A stretch of DNA of 64,000 nt from Rhodosorus marinus CCMP1338 (taxonomy: Eukaryota; Plantae; Rhodophyta), in contig JAMWBK010000006.1 in the NCBI GenBank assembly GCA_029953675.1, positions 2,170,001-2,234,000 of the forward strand, read 5' to 3'. Each line of letters begins with the position of its first letter. Position 1 is the stretch's first letter. Positions 13,127 through 27,105 of this stretch are shown piece by piece. Below the pieces are notes generated by a model. It worked only from the letters and a program-made list of their open reading frames with translations. It was not told where the DNA came from and searched no databases. The position numbers and the translations under genes are program-made.

Positions 13127-15728
13127 TCACTTCGAGCCCGAGGCCGTCTCAGCGATCTGTAGCCGATGAGACCTCAGAGGTATTTCAAGGGGCTCATAGC
13201 TGTCCATGATACAGTAGTGCGGGATGCCACGGAAGTTGTACCAAACGGCCAGGGCCCTCTCATCGTCCTCTAGCGCTGTTGGGTCCCAGACACCCTGAAT
13301 CGAGGATTTAGAGGACGTGTACAGCAGAACCTGGATTCGGGAGGTGTTCATTACACGTCAGTCTGTGTTCAGGAAACGAGGAGTGATGCTGGCGGGCAAA
13401 AGCATACCTTGGAGTCTTGAACCAAGTACTGCAACGCATCCGCACACTCGACAAGTTCGAGCTCGATTTCCCGACCTTTGACGGACTCCATCTCTACCGT
13501 CGCCTGCTTGACAGCAGCAGCTGTTTGGTGGAAGTGAAACACGGATTGAACCAACGATGTCAGTTGCTTGAGAGCCCAGCCATATTGAAACTGACCCAGT
13601 CGCGAAAAGCCTACCTGAGCCGAACAACGCTCGCGTGATAACAAGTCCCATTGCTTCTTCCTCCTGCTCTCGGCTTCTCTCAATGGCGACTGTCATTAGC
13701 TCGAGGGATGCCTCCGCGTCGCTTTGTGATCTCTCCATGGCAACCTTTCGTGTCCTCCGCGCCTCCTCCTTGGCTTCGAGAAGTTGTGCCTTCTGGATTG
13801 GATTCACAATCTGATATTGTACAAACGCTGCGATTCCCACTAGCAGTGACAAAGCCACTGTGGCTAGACCCGGCCTGGTTTCGGAGGACAGGAGGACTGG
13901 TATCGATATCTTGTGCCCGCCTCTGCTGATCTTGAGCCGAAGCGTCACTCCCTCGACGGATAGTGATACACCAGCGCCCAAGCCGCTATTCCAATCAATT
14001 ATGTTCCTACCGCCGGACAACTCCAAGTCCCACGTACCAATTCCAACTTTCGCACGGAGCTTTGCAAAACCTCCGCTGATCCCTCCATCTTGCCAGGAAC
14101 TGCCCAAACCCTAGCACGATTAGAAGCAACGAGAAGAACAAGAAGGGAAAGTTGATCCTTCCAGTTAAGCATAGAACTAATTGAAAGGGACGATTCTTGA
14201 AGGTTTTCCCGCATACCTTTTGGATCGAGACAGAGAGGGAAGTATCGAAGGAACCCAACCTGCATGTTGTATTAAATATCATCGTGGAAAAGAACATGAC
14301 CAGCCGCTCACGGAGACTGATTCGCCGCTCTTCCTTTTCGTCGAAACCGCCATCAACGAGCCCACCTCCCTCGTGTGCAGGAGAGTGGCGAATAGTCCAC
14401 ATAACTCCGTGTTGGGCGCCGGTCACCCAAGCCAATTGGCTCATCCATCGGTCACTCAGCTGCCTCACCATCGACAAAACCAAGTTCAGCAAATCCTGGT
14501 TCGAGTCATACGTAGCCTCTAGCATGCTCGAGCTGCCCATTCACCATCAGGAGAGGAGAAAAAAGAACAAAAAAAAAAACAGAAAAGAATGTTGTTCATC
14601 AGCGCTTCGAGGTTTTCTCTTAACTGACATCAAAACTCTTGCTGAGCTAGGCGGCGTCTCCGAGAAAGAGCCCACGATCAGCGATCGAGCGGCTGGGTTT
14701 CTCTTTCGCAGTAGGCAGGAGGTTGTGCAAGAAGTAGGGCGTACGTTGTTGCTGTTAGTTTTCGCCAGAGTTTTGCCGTTAACGTTGAACTGCTGCGTTT
14801 TCTCGAGACTCCGTAAATGTAGGAAACCTCAGCGAAAGTATCGGCGTCAAAGGTTCTTCGTCCTGTGATTGAGAATGAGCTCGCTGGAGATCTTGAAACT
14901 CCTACGCCGAGGATGGAAAGAGAAGTCAGTGCTCGAGTCCCAGTCCTCGTTCGAGATCTTGACAAGTGCATATCTTGCGCATACCTCGGGTTGTAATGTT
15001 ATAAGACGCAGCAAGGATGTCCCGGTTTGTAACGTACGCAGTTAGGTTGGAAGAAAGAGTCATTTGAGTTATGATGAACGGGTTTCCTTCTAGTCCCGCG
15101 TCGACGTCTTCGAGAAAGCTGACAAGCCCGGTGCCGTCCGTAGAAACTTTGACCTGATTGTGGACCGTCAGCAGTGAGTCCTTCTCGTTCGTTTTCTGGT
15201 TGGATGTCCCATTCGGCGCTTCTCGCTGGAAACGAGATTGAATATCCTCCCATACGCTGAGCTCTAGTCCCTCTGCGGCCACAGTCCGAATTCCTTCTAC
15301 ACCATACTCGTCGTAAACTCTGCGCTTTAGCGGATCTGAGAGAACCTCATAAGCCTCTTTGACTCTGGTGAAGTTTTTCGTGGCCTAGAATGCAGGGATG
15401 GATTAGAAAATAACTTCAGAACGGAATCATTCACTACTTCAAAGCAGCCGCGACTTCTGCAACCTACCACATCCTTTTTCACAGGATCTGTGTGCTTGTC
15501 AGGGTGATAAGTCTGACAAAGGCGTCTATAGGAAGCCTTGATCTGCTCTTCAGTGGCCTGATCACAATAAGAAAGGGGTGAAACAAACAATAATAAGCCA
15601 CTGATTGGACTCTGGACGGGCGATCCCAAATTGATCCATTCCAGACAACGACTCACATCTTTGCTGACGTTGAGAATGTCATACAACTTAATATTAGATT
15701 CATCCTCTTCATCAAGAACTCCAGACAT
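13127..15728 (-). CDS. DNAJC11: DnaJ homolog subfamily C member 11 (J-domain, C-terminal DUF3395), multi-exon
   Basis: J-domain LYDILNVSKD/ATEEQIKASYRRLCQTYHPDKH...AYEVLSDPLKRRVYDEYG. C-terminal GLVITRALFG, DALQYLVQDS, SKSSIQGVWDP and EPLEIPLRSHRL match DUF3395. Confidence 0.9.
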
Positions 15729-15921
15729 CCTTTCCCACCTTCAGCTGAGGGGAAGAGGTGGGAAATTCTTCTTCAAATCTTCAAAAAGAGAAAAAAAAAT
15801 ATGCAGAAGCTTCCCTACAGCACTCGAAAAAATCAACAACCCCTTTCCTCAACGGACCTTATCACTCGATTTCTACTTCAACGAGCTTCCCACAGTTCTA
15901 ATGGAGGACAACACGTCCTTC

Positions 15922-16911
15922 TCAAGCGTCCATCTGATCATTTTCCATTTCCAATCGTAGCACCAAATCTTCCTCTGCCATAGCATTCCTAATGTTCCAT
16001 TCCTCCATCCTCTTCGTCACTGAGGTCGTGAAAGAGATGACCACGCCGTCGGCGGAGTGGATGGTGAAAGTATGTGTACAGTTTTCGATCATCATCTGAT
16101 TCTTTAACTCTCTCCAACGACTAACTTTGGGAATCAAAACTTCTTTAATTTTGTGGTAGTGGAATGATTTGCATCGTTTCACGAACGCTCCCAGCTTCAC
16201 TCAGATCGATTGGGTTCGGAGAGGACAAGTCCATTTGGGACGAGCAGATCTGGACGGTCTTAGTTCTTATATCTCTGTCGAATGACTACTGTATTTAGGC
16301 TTGTCATGGTCAGAAAGTTGTCTCCATAGGCGTACTGCATGGGCACGACGTGGATAGAGACCAGGTTGAAGACCCGTGTGTTCTCTGATGAGTCCATGCC
16401 CGGGTTTCGGGTGCGATAGTGACTTCTCGAGTTGTACTGCGTTCCGTTCTGCCGGACACGATTCCCAATTCGACTAGCTTTAGAAGTGGCTTGATGACGG
16501 CACTCCTTGATGGCTAGAAAGACTTGCTGCGAAAGAGAAGAGGAACAAGCTGTTCCTCTGTACTGGTTAGTATGATATCTCCTTTTCGATCTTCTTATAG
16601 GCATTCCGAGACTGGTCTTTGCGTTCTCGACGTCCCGTCATGAAAATACCTGCCTGTGCCATCCACGACATGGATGGAATGGCCATGAAAAAGCTAGGAA
16701 TGCAGGATTTGTGATTGCCGTTTTTGGCTGTGATTCGTCTGCAGGCGACGTGGAGGGCAAAATCGCCAGTCTTTTGACATAGTTGGGAATAAATGACTTC
16801 ATCTGGACATAGAGAAATCCATTTAATCGATTCGTAAACCCTCCGAGCAGAAGACGTAAGGGTTTGCGATCTTAAGACTTGAGGGTTGAAAAAGACAGGA
16901 TCGCTTGCCAT
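15922..16911 (-). CDS. Hypothetical gene or degenerate gene with a single ankyrin-like motif
   Basis: ORF 16567-16923 contains TGDFALHVACRR (G..LH.AC, ankyrin-like). I could not splice the downstream frames consistently. Confidence 0.3.
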
Positions 16912-17410
16912 CAAAGAGGGCACCTGCTTGGATACCCAGTCGTCACGGAGGCAGTTCTAGCTCCGTGATCTAGATCTGCAGCCTCGTAATCGCGGGCCTT
17001 GGGTGAGTCCCTGGATGGGAAGGATCTGAACGCGTCAGTCCGCCGAAAGTTCAGGATTTGACCGCAAGATTCACAAACGTAATTCGATTCTTGAAGACTC
17101 TGACTGTTTTTCGCCTCAGCTATGTCTTGACGAATTCACGTCGCTTAACGTCGGAATAGTCATTGCTCCGATCGCTCCAAGTTGGGCTCTGGAGAGTCTT
17201 AGCCCATACCAACCTCTCCAACGGCTGCCACTTTTCTGTTTGCAAAACTGTAAACGTTTTAACTATCCAGTCCTGCTACTTATGTATTGTGCAGAACTGA
17301 AGATCTCGAGTGAGGTTCGCTAGAGTTGACGGCGATGTCACTAGAAAGCGTTCCACACTTTGCCCTTCCTGTCTTGCGCTTAAGCGTTCGCCTTTACAAG
17401 CAATGGGTAC

Positions 17411-17928
17411 TCACTTCGTAGACGTACTTTCGATCGCTGCCATTGCCCAGGGAAGCAAAGCCGGCGAGGATAAAAATGTCAAGCCCATTTGTCTAGCTTT
17501 CTCTTGAGCTTCATTCGGGGTAAGATTATGAGTTCTTGCGTCGTAAATGCTGAGAAGGGCTCCTGCTCGTCTCCCAGATGCGCACACTACCAGACAGGGC
17601 GTCGGTAGACCACCGAGTAGTGTGCATGCTGTTTCAGCAAGCTCAGGGTTCACCTGACGCACGCGTAAAAAAGAGAACGTCAGCTCAATGTTGTAAACAA
17701 CATTTTATCTCAAGACGAACGTCTTACTTTTCCAGCATCAACGGGAAGATATGCATATTTCAGACCAAGCGCTTCCGCGTCGTTCCCGCTATTCTTCTCA
17801 TACCCCCTCTCATACTCCGGAACCAAGTACAATATAGACCGAATTCCGTGCTTCTCGACAAAACTCTTGTCAGGCATTCCCCCTCCATAGAGGTAATCCT
17901 CATCAAACCTTTCAATATTCAGTCCCAT
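17411..17928 (-). CDS. Stand-alone DUF442 / Blh-type phosphatase-like (CX5R) protein, putative sulfurtransferase, 2 exons
   Basis: Exons 17928-17728 and 17653-17411 (74-nt intron) give LYGGGMP...GIRSILYL...AEALGLKYAYLPV...LPTPCLVVCASGRRAGAL, the TIGR01244/DUF442 pattern with a C-x5-R loop. Confidence 0.75.
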
Positions 17929-18124
17929 CAGAAAAAAAAAAAAACCACACCTCCCCGTCCCCGCCGGAAGAAGAAACAAACAAACAAAGCCACCCAACCA
18001 AAAGGAAACCAAAACCCTTTTCCTCCCGACTTATCCAACTAGCAAGTCCTCACCCACACCTTATGACCTGCACATGGATCCACTATGACATCATTCCATA
18101 TGCTCGGCAACAATGATAACTTTG

Positions 18125-18142
18125 ATCATCATCATCATCATC
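18125..18142 (+). repeat. (ATC)6 microsatellite
   Basis: atcatcatcatcatcatc is read directly. Confidence 0.9.
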
Positions 18143-19754
18143 CTCCCCACTAAAAACCCAGCACTACTTTTGCCCTAGAAATTGTGATCCACCAGCAACT
18201 AACTATTGCTATCCAACAAAAGATTCATTTAAAAATAATATATTTCAATAAACCAAAATATATTGACGTACTTTCTAAGGATTGGACAGTATGATGGAAG
18301 AATATGATATTTTATAATATTGTATTGGAAAAAACAAGAAATCATATGTATAATTAGAATTATTGGAGGATATTTTATATATGTATTTTCAAATATTTTA
18401 TATGCAATCATGTTTCTGGAGTTGTAAGTGAGAGGAATTAATTGGTCTAATAGATTAATATCTTACTGATTTTATGGATTATGAAGGTCCCGCCCTTACG
18501 TCCAGGTGGAATCCAATTGAACTTGCTTTTTACGGCGTGTGTAACATCAAGAGGATCATGAAAGCTAGCAGATTTCATTTCTTCGGGTGCGTCGAGACTT
18601 GTGACTGACTCTGCAGAAAGGTGCGGGAAGAAATCACAAGAAATGCCTGTTTCAGGTAGGATTGGGGCGCTTTTCATTCCCAATCAGAAACCGTCTCAGC
18701 GATGCCCACCCATTCTCTTTTTATCCTCCTCTATCCCAGCCGCTATGCACCAAACTTCAGAAGAAAAGTCCCTCCCCCGTATCGCCAGGGGATAAACCAG
18801 CGGCGGATGAATACAGATCAGACAGATCGGTTTTATCGGAGGCTTGGAGCCCGGAATGAGGTATGCTAGGAAGAGTGCACGGAACGGAACGCGCCTCCAG
18901 AAATAAGGCAGCATTACAGCGCCAGAGAATCAGACTCGTAGTCATACACTTGTGACTCCCCTTTCCCGCTTGGAAGCACCCACCCGGGGTTGATAGTTTT
19001 CAAGTTAACCAGAGATTCAGACTCAAAAAAAGCGTGCAGTCGGGAAAGAGTATCACGGCGGGCACGGTGGCACTCACCGCAACCAAGCACCCCCAGCGCT
19101 GTCTAAGGTTATGAAGATTTCTTCAACTAGGGCGATAAACCATTGATCCAGCGCAGACTGTAAAGCCTCAGCATTGGTGCGCGCCTTACGTGTACAATGA
19201 CTGCTTCCCGTCTGCATCGTGCTCGCTCGTATGAATACCCAATTCCATGACTTTTTTTTTTTTTTTCCGAACTTCCACCTCGCCAATCGCAATAGAAGTT
19301 ACAAAAATATTACATGAGTAGGACAACTTGATTGGTTGACAGCCACTTGAATAAATCAAAACCTTCAATCACATTTTTTTATCCAATTATATTTTGCTTA
19401 ACTTTAACGGAGATTAAGATTTAGCCAATTAAGCTGGATTTATGTACGTTTCAAAATACAAATTTTCATATATCAATCAATTTTGACCATAGCTTTATGT
19501 CAGGCGGTTGCCGCATGGACGCAAATGGCTTTCGGAATGGTGCTTTTGATCCAGGATCAACTCTACGGTCGAGTTGTGAGCTTTCGGACCTTGCGGCTGA
19601 TTGCTTTTTCCTTTTGAAAAGGTTTGTTTGTAGTCAGTAGACAAAACCCGATGTGGCAAAAGGTCGTGCTTTAATCTAGTTTGGTTGTTAGCAGGTTTTA
19701 CACGTTTGTTACTGGGTGGTATTTTTTCTTCTTTTCCCTGAGGAGAAATCGCAG

Positions 19755-22700
19755 TTACCGTTCAAGGAACTGTTGCACAAAATACAAAATATTCTGGAAG
19801 TCGAGCGTATGTGAGCTTTCGATAATTCTGGAGTCGTAGTCAAAGCCCGCCGACAGCCACAGCTTTTCCAATACGCCATATCTGTCTTCCGAAAAATGGA
19901 GCGGTTTGCCTCGCGAAAGGCCGACATCCTCCTAATCATGCAGCGGTTATCAATCAGCAAATTTGCAGTGACTTCCCTCAGATACTGGTGTTTGTGCTGT
20001 CTGCTTCCTCAACTCACCTCTCCGTGCTCATCTAAAAACGGTGAGCACCAGATCGCGTACCGTTTTGCCCGTGACAGGAGGATGGCAGATAAGCCCGCAA
20101 AGGAATGTCTACGTCTCTCATCTGTACCCCACGCCCTAACGTCTTGTAGGATTAGAAACACTCCAATCCCAGCACCGCACCGACGTGCGTGATTCCTGGC
20201 AGTGATCAAGAGATCTCCGGCAGACATGTTCGTTTCGTTCGTTTCCCCACAGCAGGCGCTTGGAGCTGATATCAATCTGCTGCACACCAAACACAAAGCA
20301 AGCTGATACGAATTCTTCCCACATTTTCGACATCGCACCCGGTTGTTGGCATCCAGTTTCTATTTGTCGTCGTGGTCGAGGAGAAAAGTTTTCATAGCAA
20401 ATCTCTCTCAGCGAATTAGGACCCAAACTCGGTTTTTGTTGAAGTCGGCGGGCTTACCTCGAGGAGATCCTGCAGCATACTCGGCAGCTTGTATAGCCGC
20501 GGGTAGTAAATTGTTAGTTTTTCCGGAAGTCCCCGTTCCAAAGGTTCGTCGATGTCGTATTTTGAGCGCAAACGCTTGAGTTCCGGTACCGCATCATTCT
20601 CTTCATTGTATGCTTGGAGATCCAGATCGTCACCGGTAAGGTAGGAAAGAAGGACCGTAGCACGGCGAAGGTACACCAGTTCCCGACGAAGGGTGCTGAT
20701 GGATGAATCCCCATAGCTCTCGGACGCGTTGCAAATTTTAACCATCGCCATTAAATCGCTGCGGTGAAGCTCTTCAGGCCACAGCATAACCGCATGGATA
20801 AGCTTGCCGAATGGGTCCCCTTTTCCAGAAGAGATAATTTCCCACAGATATGCCATAACATCTGCGTTTGTAGCGAGGTAGCTGAGCTGAACTCGGCAAG
20901 AATGCAGAAGCTGAGGCATAGTCTCCACTACCACGGTTGATCCTGGGCCAGGAGTGTTGCCCGAACGATAGATGAGCTCGGTCACTCCGATGCTCACCGC
21001 CACAGCCTCAATAGTCCGCCAGAAAGGTACCGAGGGACTCTGCCTGACTTCGTTGAAAAAAGCCGGTGCAAACTTGTAGATCAGCGGCATGACTACGAGG
21101 AACAGCGGGTTGCGAAACGGGTTGCTGTTGGGCGGAAGCACTTGATTTCGTGTAATCCAATCTGTACCGTATCTCCAGTACCGAGGCAACTTCTCTGCAG
21201 GACGGTAGGAATCTATAGAGTGCGAGCGAAAAAACGCTTAGCAGGCCTCACGAACAAACCACGATAGAAAAACTTCATCCATCTAAAGCTTACTCTTGAA
21301 CTTCTCTTCGGCAAATCGCTTCCACTCCTCAAAGTCGGTAGTCCTTAACTCGCTTTTCCGCATAGCTCTTGGAGCGATCAGCGGCACGAAAGAATTTGCC
21401 AGTCTCCGGCAAAAGGGACAAAGGAATTCGCCAAGATTCTGGTCCGTTAAATCATCTACCTCAATGTTCTGCTCGTTTGTTTCCGAAGAAGTCTTGAACT
21501 CTATGTTAACCTCAAGGCACGTGTTGTGGATGTAGTGTCCGCAGAAATTCACGTAGACTTCCCTACGAGTTCCAACGCCAGTGTTGATCAGTGGCACACT
21601 CAACATTTTCCCGACTTCCTCTTGCCCCGCAGCGGACTTGGCATCTGCTGATCGACGAAAAGGAGACAGTGGTTAGCGGTGTATTTCGGAGGTCACTTCG
21701 CATATACGAATACTACAGTACAAAGCTTTCGGACTTTGTGGAAGAATCGAAACGCATTCCGTCTTCCCGATTGAAGACTATTAATGAAAGTCGGTTTCAT
21801 GTGAAAATCTTCAACAGATTGCTTGGATGGTAAGCCCTCACCGCCATCCGGAGACAGGTCTTCTGATAGTACAGCCGTTTCGGGGGATGGAGACTCAGAG
21901 CTCACTGGCTGCTGCGGTTCAAAGGAATTGTGGAGTCTTAGCAAAACGCCAATTTGATGACGACTAGTCACTCACGATGAGTCGGGACTGCGTCGCAATC
22001 TTACATTTGCACTATCTTCTAGAACATTCGTGAAGTCGATTTCGTTCATGAAGCTGTCAGCATCTGCAAGGTTCGAATCTCTCTGCAAGTTCTGCGTGAC
22101 TTGGGCATAACCGATAAGGCCAATAACCGATACATCGTCCCTCGAGTGAGCATGACATACAACACATGTGTGGTCCGCGTTGACCGATTTCTTCAGGTGA
22201 TTGTCGACGCTGAAATCTTGAGAGATTTGCAGTTCATTCACATCCATTTCAAGATGTTTGACTTCATCCGGGAGAGGCGTTTCTTCTTCAATTTTCTGCA
22301 TGAACAGCTCCTGAGAAAACCCAAGGTGTACCAGTTGGTAATAGATGGGTAAGTTTCAACCCTCGACATTGGTGATCCGCGGGAGAAAAACCCGGTTTCA
22401 CTACAAGCATTACCTGTTTCCTTCGGAAGCTATCTCGAATTTCTTCTTGCTTCCTAAGGCGCATTTCCTTGCGCTTTCTTGAGCTTAGTAAATCTTCCCT
22501 TACAAGACCATCCCCTGTGCAGTTCATATAGCTCACAACAACTTCGTCGTCTTCTCCCAACCTCCTGCTGAGATAGCTGCCAACCAGGTAGAGCGAATTG
22601 CTCACATCCAGCGGTTGGGCCTTATCTTTGCTCAAGTATACAAATGAAGCAAGAAGCGAGGAGTCCTCTGATGCAAGATTGTCGTAGAATTGGTCTCCTC

Positions 22701-25700
22701 GTTCACAGAGTTCAGCAGCCGAGCGAGCCGTGGCGACACACGCCAACAACAGATACAAGTATTTAGTACCTGTAGTTTCACGCAGTACGTGAAGTAAGAA
22801 AGTGTCCCATGCTTAGCAAGCATCAGTGCGGGGAGATGACGTACTCTCGCCACTGTGCCGAATCTCAGCCATAATCTGTTCTACAGGGCCCGCTGCCCGA
22901 CAGAGGGAAGTCGCAACGCGAAGGTTTCCACGTAGGCCTTCGTAGAGGGGCAAATTAGTAAGATTAAACATTTCCGAGCTCTCTCCCTTCTTCAATCGTC
23001 TACCCAAAACCTCCCGGAATCTTATCGTTGATTCTTCCCGCGATCTGGGAAGCGCCAGAACGTTAAATAGGTTGTAATGACGCCATTCAGTATCCTATCG
23101 GCTCGGCAAAGTTAGAACCCTCACGTCAGCGTGGGCCATTGAAAACTGCAAATCACATGTAGGAGACTCCACGTGTGCGTAGCTTCACAATCATTAACCG
23201 ACCTTGACCCTAAAGTAACCCTGAGAGGTTCCCCTGGGTGGGCGGAACCCAGCTACTTCCCGCACGACCTCGGCGATGATTTGTGGGGTTTCTCCAAATT
23301 CTTGGCGGCCATCAATATCTAAAACACCATGCTTCGATACTCCTTCAATGATCGTGGAATAGGAGCAGTCCCTTGCAAACAGGATATGCAGAACTTCGTG
23401 CCTAATTTGATCTGCTCGCAACGGGTAGAACAGGTGGCACAAGAATAAGGTCAAAACAATCCCGTCAAATCATCGTCCGTCAGAACTCTCGCGGAGTCGT
23501 TGCCGTTCGCGTCAGACCTCTGTTCGTATAACCCGTTCCCGTTCGCTCCAAGAGCACTTGCATAATAAACATCATGCAGTGTTCAAGAGATCGACGAGCT
23601 TTTTCGTCTTCCCAGATCTTCTTCGAGAAACCGTCTTGACCCATCAAGCACTGAAAGGCAGCTTGTTCAAATTGTAGAGGTCCGGTTGCCGCGAGGCAAA
23701 ACTGAAGCAGGTTTACGTCAAGATCGGTGACCCACCTGTACCAGTTGCTCGTCCTGTTGCAGCCAAAGTTGAAGGGTTCATTAGTCGAGCGGTTCGGTTC
23801 ATGTTCCTGGTGCAGAACACGACGACAAGTTTCGCACCATAGTTCGAATATTTTAGGGATTGCTCGAGTGCCGTCAGAGAGCCCCGCAGAGACCGCTTGC
23901 TTAAGAAGCAAAGGGTGTCTTATGAGTGAGAGCACTTGTGCGGAAAACTCCTCAGACCCGACGTCCCCGATCAGGGTCTGGAAGATCGGTTTCACTTCGT
24001 ATTGCTTTCGCATCAAAGCGTTCATGAACAAGCTGAATAACCGGTGCAGAGGTAATACAAGAACAGGAGATTTTTCCTGTCCAGGAAGTGGCGCTGGCTC
24101 ATCTTCTATTGACGTCTTCACAAGCCACTCGCAAAGGGGATCGAACACTATTTGAAGAGCTTCTTTTCTCGAAGCATCTGCATCCTAAATTAACGCCGAT
24201 TCCCCGCAAGAAAGCGAATCAGTGGAGGAAGAGGTCAAAGCACCATTGCACCAAAGCCAGAGTTCGACTCACCTCAGCATCTGGCGGGTTTAATTCGAAT
24301 CCTGTGACAAGCAATTCAACAACGGCCAGCATTTGGCACTCCGCAGGTATCAAAGCCGCTATTCTTTTCTCATCCTCCGTGTGAGGAGGTCTCGAAACTC
24401 CCCTCATCATAGAACCCATGCTCTGAAGACTTGCAAGGATGCTTACAATCTCTCTTAACAAATCTTTCCTCTTGTGTACAAGGTGCGAAGCAACTGCTTG
24501 ATGTCGCAGCAAGTAATTCAAATCCATAAAAGGTTGCTCCTGACGTAAAACGAGATCACGCATTTCCTGTCTTTGCGTTTCGAGGTCAATCAAGTCGTTG
24601 TCGGAGCAAAATTTTCTGTACGAGTCATTGTACATTCGTGACAGAGTGTGTATGACAACATCAAGGATTCCTCCTTCTTGAATCATCTCGGGAACAAGCC
24701 CCGGGACAGTGAGGATCTGGCATGAAAAGTGTTGCAGAACAAACTTGTCCTCGCTTTCTTCGTCATCGCTGTCGGACACCTTCAATACCGTTAGCGAATC
24801 CCATTCGAGGGAAGACGGTTTCAGTCCACCACTGCAGGGTCGGTCTTGCAAAACGCTCCATGCTCCATGCTCCATACTGCCTTACCTGAAGGACCCCATA
24901 CTCATCTGTAGAGTTATGCCGTGCGTCCTCCCTTTGCGCTGTTCTCCGCGCAAAACTCGGACTCTCGTAAGTGTAAACGATTTCCCGGAGTAAGCTCGAC
25001 CTAAAGCAAAAGTCTACAAGCAGGTCGAAGAACAGCGCATCCAAGATTCTATCCAGTGAGTCTTGTTTGCGTTGTGCAGTTTGAAGTCTGAGCAGTCGCC
25101 GCAGTAGAGAGTTTCTTTCCTCGCTCGTTCCACCACCCCTTGAAGGCTGCTCTCCCAACTTTACGCTAATGACCCTACGGAAGCCATCCCCATACCTCGC
25201 GATCTGATTTTCCAGGAAAAACGTTGGCAGAGCCCTTAGTACTTCTTTCGCAACTAGGTAGTCCGGGCGAACCCGACGGAAGAAAGAGGACCAGGCTGAG
25301 CTTACGGAAGCGAGCCAATCAAGCAGAGCCTCTGCGTCCTTCGTGCGCCCATTTTCGCCAAGCTCTATAGCCTTCTCCGCAGCTTCAGAGACAGCAAAAG
25401 TTAAGCGTTCCTTGAAATCCTCTGGCATTGCGGAAGAAACATCTTCTGAGGTAGTCGAAGTCCCAACATGCTGGCTGCAGAACCCACTCCTCGCCCACGC
25501 CTGGAAAGGAGTCCGATGAAAGAGCAAAGAAATGTAATCAACTTCAGAACACATGCTGCTTGATCTCGTACAGCACTAATTTTGGGTCGTGAGTTCCAAG
25601 CAAGGCCGGTTTGTTCAGTAGGCACCTGAATATCTCCACAATCGCAACACCCCCCGTTCGTTTTGATCATCGCATAGTCGTGATTTTCGTGATCCCCATC

Positions 25701-25949
25701 TCTGAAGCATGGGATACAAACGGCACAAGTTGGGTCCTGCCCACAGGTATTGCACAAGTACGCTAGCTCTCCCTGCTTCCAAGTCGTACCGCAGGCTCTG
25801 CTCAGCCCATCACCAGCCTTTTCCTGAAAAAAGGCGACGTCGAACTCCACTCGCTCATCTGCATCAAGAACCACATTGAGCACCTCCCTTGGAACTTCAG
25901 CTTCACGAACTTGACCAAGAAGATCTGTGATTCTACTCCTCCAATCCAT
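19755..25949 (-). CDS. PRT6: N-degron E3 ubiquitin ligase of the UBR1/PRT6 family, multi-exon
   Basis: UBR box CGTTWKQGELAYLCNTCGQDPTCAVCIPCF...HDY...GGCCDCGD/AW..SGFCSQH. Winged helix IRHEVLHIL...VAGFRPP. RING CVVC...CGHYIHNTC...EFLCPFCRRLANSFVP. C-terminal ALCLVC...HARRCGAGIGVFL...SPFLDEHGE/EDVGLSRGKPLH. Confidence 0.93.
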
Positions 25950-26365
25950 GGTCAATATAGAAAAAAAAGCCAACCCCTAATCTCTGGAAAAGTCTTACTG
26001 TCGAAGAGCAACCCTCCCCATCATATCAACGGATTCAACCTCTCCGACGTCTTCCAATCCCATACTCTCGGTTTCAGTTACGAAGTCCTTCCAATCCCTT
26101 TTCCAACCCCCACAGTGTTCCCTTTAAGCTCCGCACAGACCCTGTGAAAGCCCAGAACCAACTCAAGTACTTACAAACATTCTTCAAGATATCCTATACA
26201 AGCCTGTTCGCTGCACAACTGGACACCGCAGTTCAAACCCATTCACTGAAAGGCAGAATGTTTCTATACAGACAAAAACACGTTGATAATGCGCAATGAA
26301 TTGGGTTCTTACTTCTCTTCAAATCTTGCTGCTCAGTAAGTTGTTCAGAGAAGACTTCTGTTTCT

Positions 26366-26428
26366 GCCTCTGCAGACTTTGGAGTATCGGTAAAGCCTCT
26401 GCAGACTTTGGAGTATCGGTAAAGCCTC
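26366..26428 (+). repeat. 29-bp perfect tandem repeat, about 2.2 copies
   Basis: gcctctgcagactttggagtatcggtaaa at 26366 and 26395, followed by a partial gcctc. Confidence 0.95.
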
Positions 26429-27105
26429 AGCTAAGAATCTATATGAGCTGGAAAGGAACACTTTGCACTCGAGATGCCCTTTTCCACGAAAGAAAAGAGG
26501 ATATATATATATCCTTAATGACATTCAAGATCCCCGCCCGTCATTTTTTTGTTCCATTTGGATCAATAATGCTATTGCAAATAATCAGCTAGATTTTCGT
26601 TTCAGGATGAAGAAAAGTCTAAAACTGTTTTGATTTAGTATTTTAGCAGCCAAAAATGTATCTCATACAAAATACAAAGTCAAAAATTAGATCGGATAGT
26701 TTCTTTTTTTTGTGCTCGCCATGCTGAAAGGTATGCAAGTCAGAACGAAGTGTTAGACTGCGATTTGCCATTTTTCCTCACATTTTAGTTCCTTTTTCAG
26801 TAATCCAATATCTAAGAACGTATTCCCTTTTGGCTGGATTCATTAGACGTTATTTCATCATTTTAAAATAATTTCAGGTTCATTCTACACCACTTGTCAA
26901 AATCTAGTTAGTATTAACGTTTATTTAGGTATTGTTCATACATTCTAGCACAGATTACGAAGGCATTCGTCCTTTGCGGCTTTTCGTTTTGGTAGCCAGC
27001 AAAAAGCATTTTTCTTTTAAAAAACCTCACAAAACTTTGTGAAAAAAAACAAACTGGACGACCGAGAGCGTTTCGCCCTTTTTTTTCTCTTTTTCAGGAA
27101 TATAT

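Noticed and set aside
26366-26428. Direct repeats of 26-53 bp (here, 52423 and 53485) as CRISPR-like arrays
   Set aside because: Only two adjacent copies without spacers, a eukaryotic context and no cas genes.
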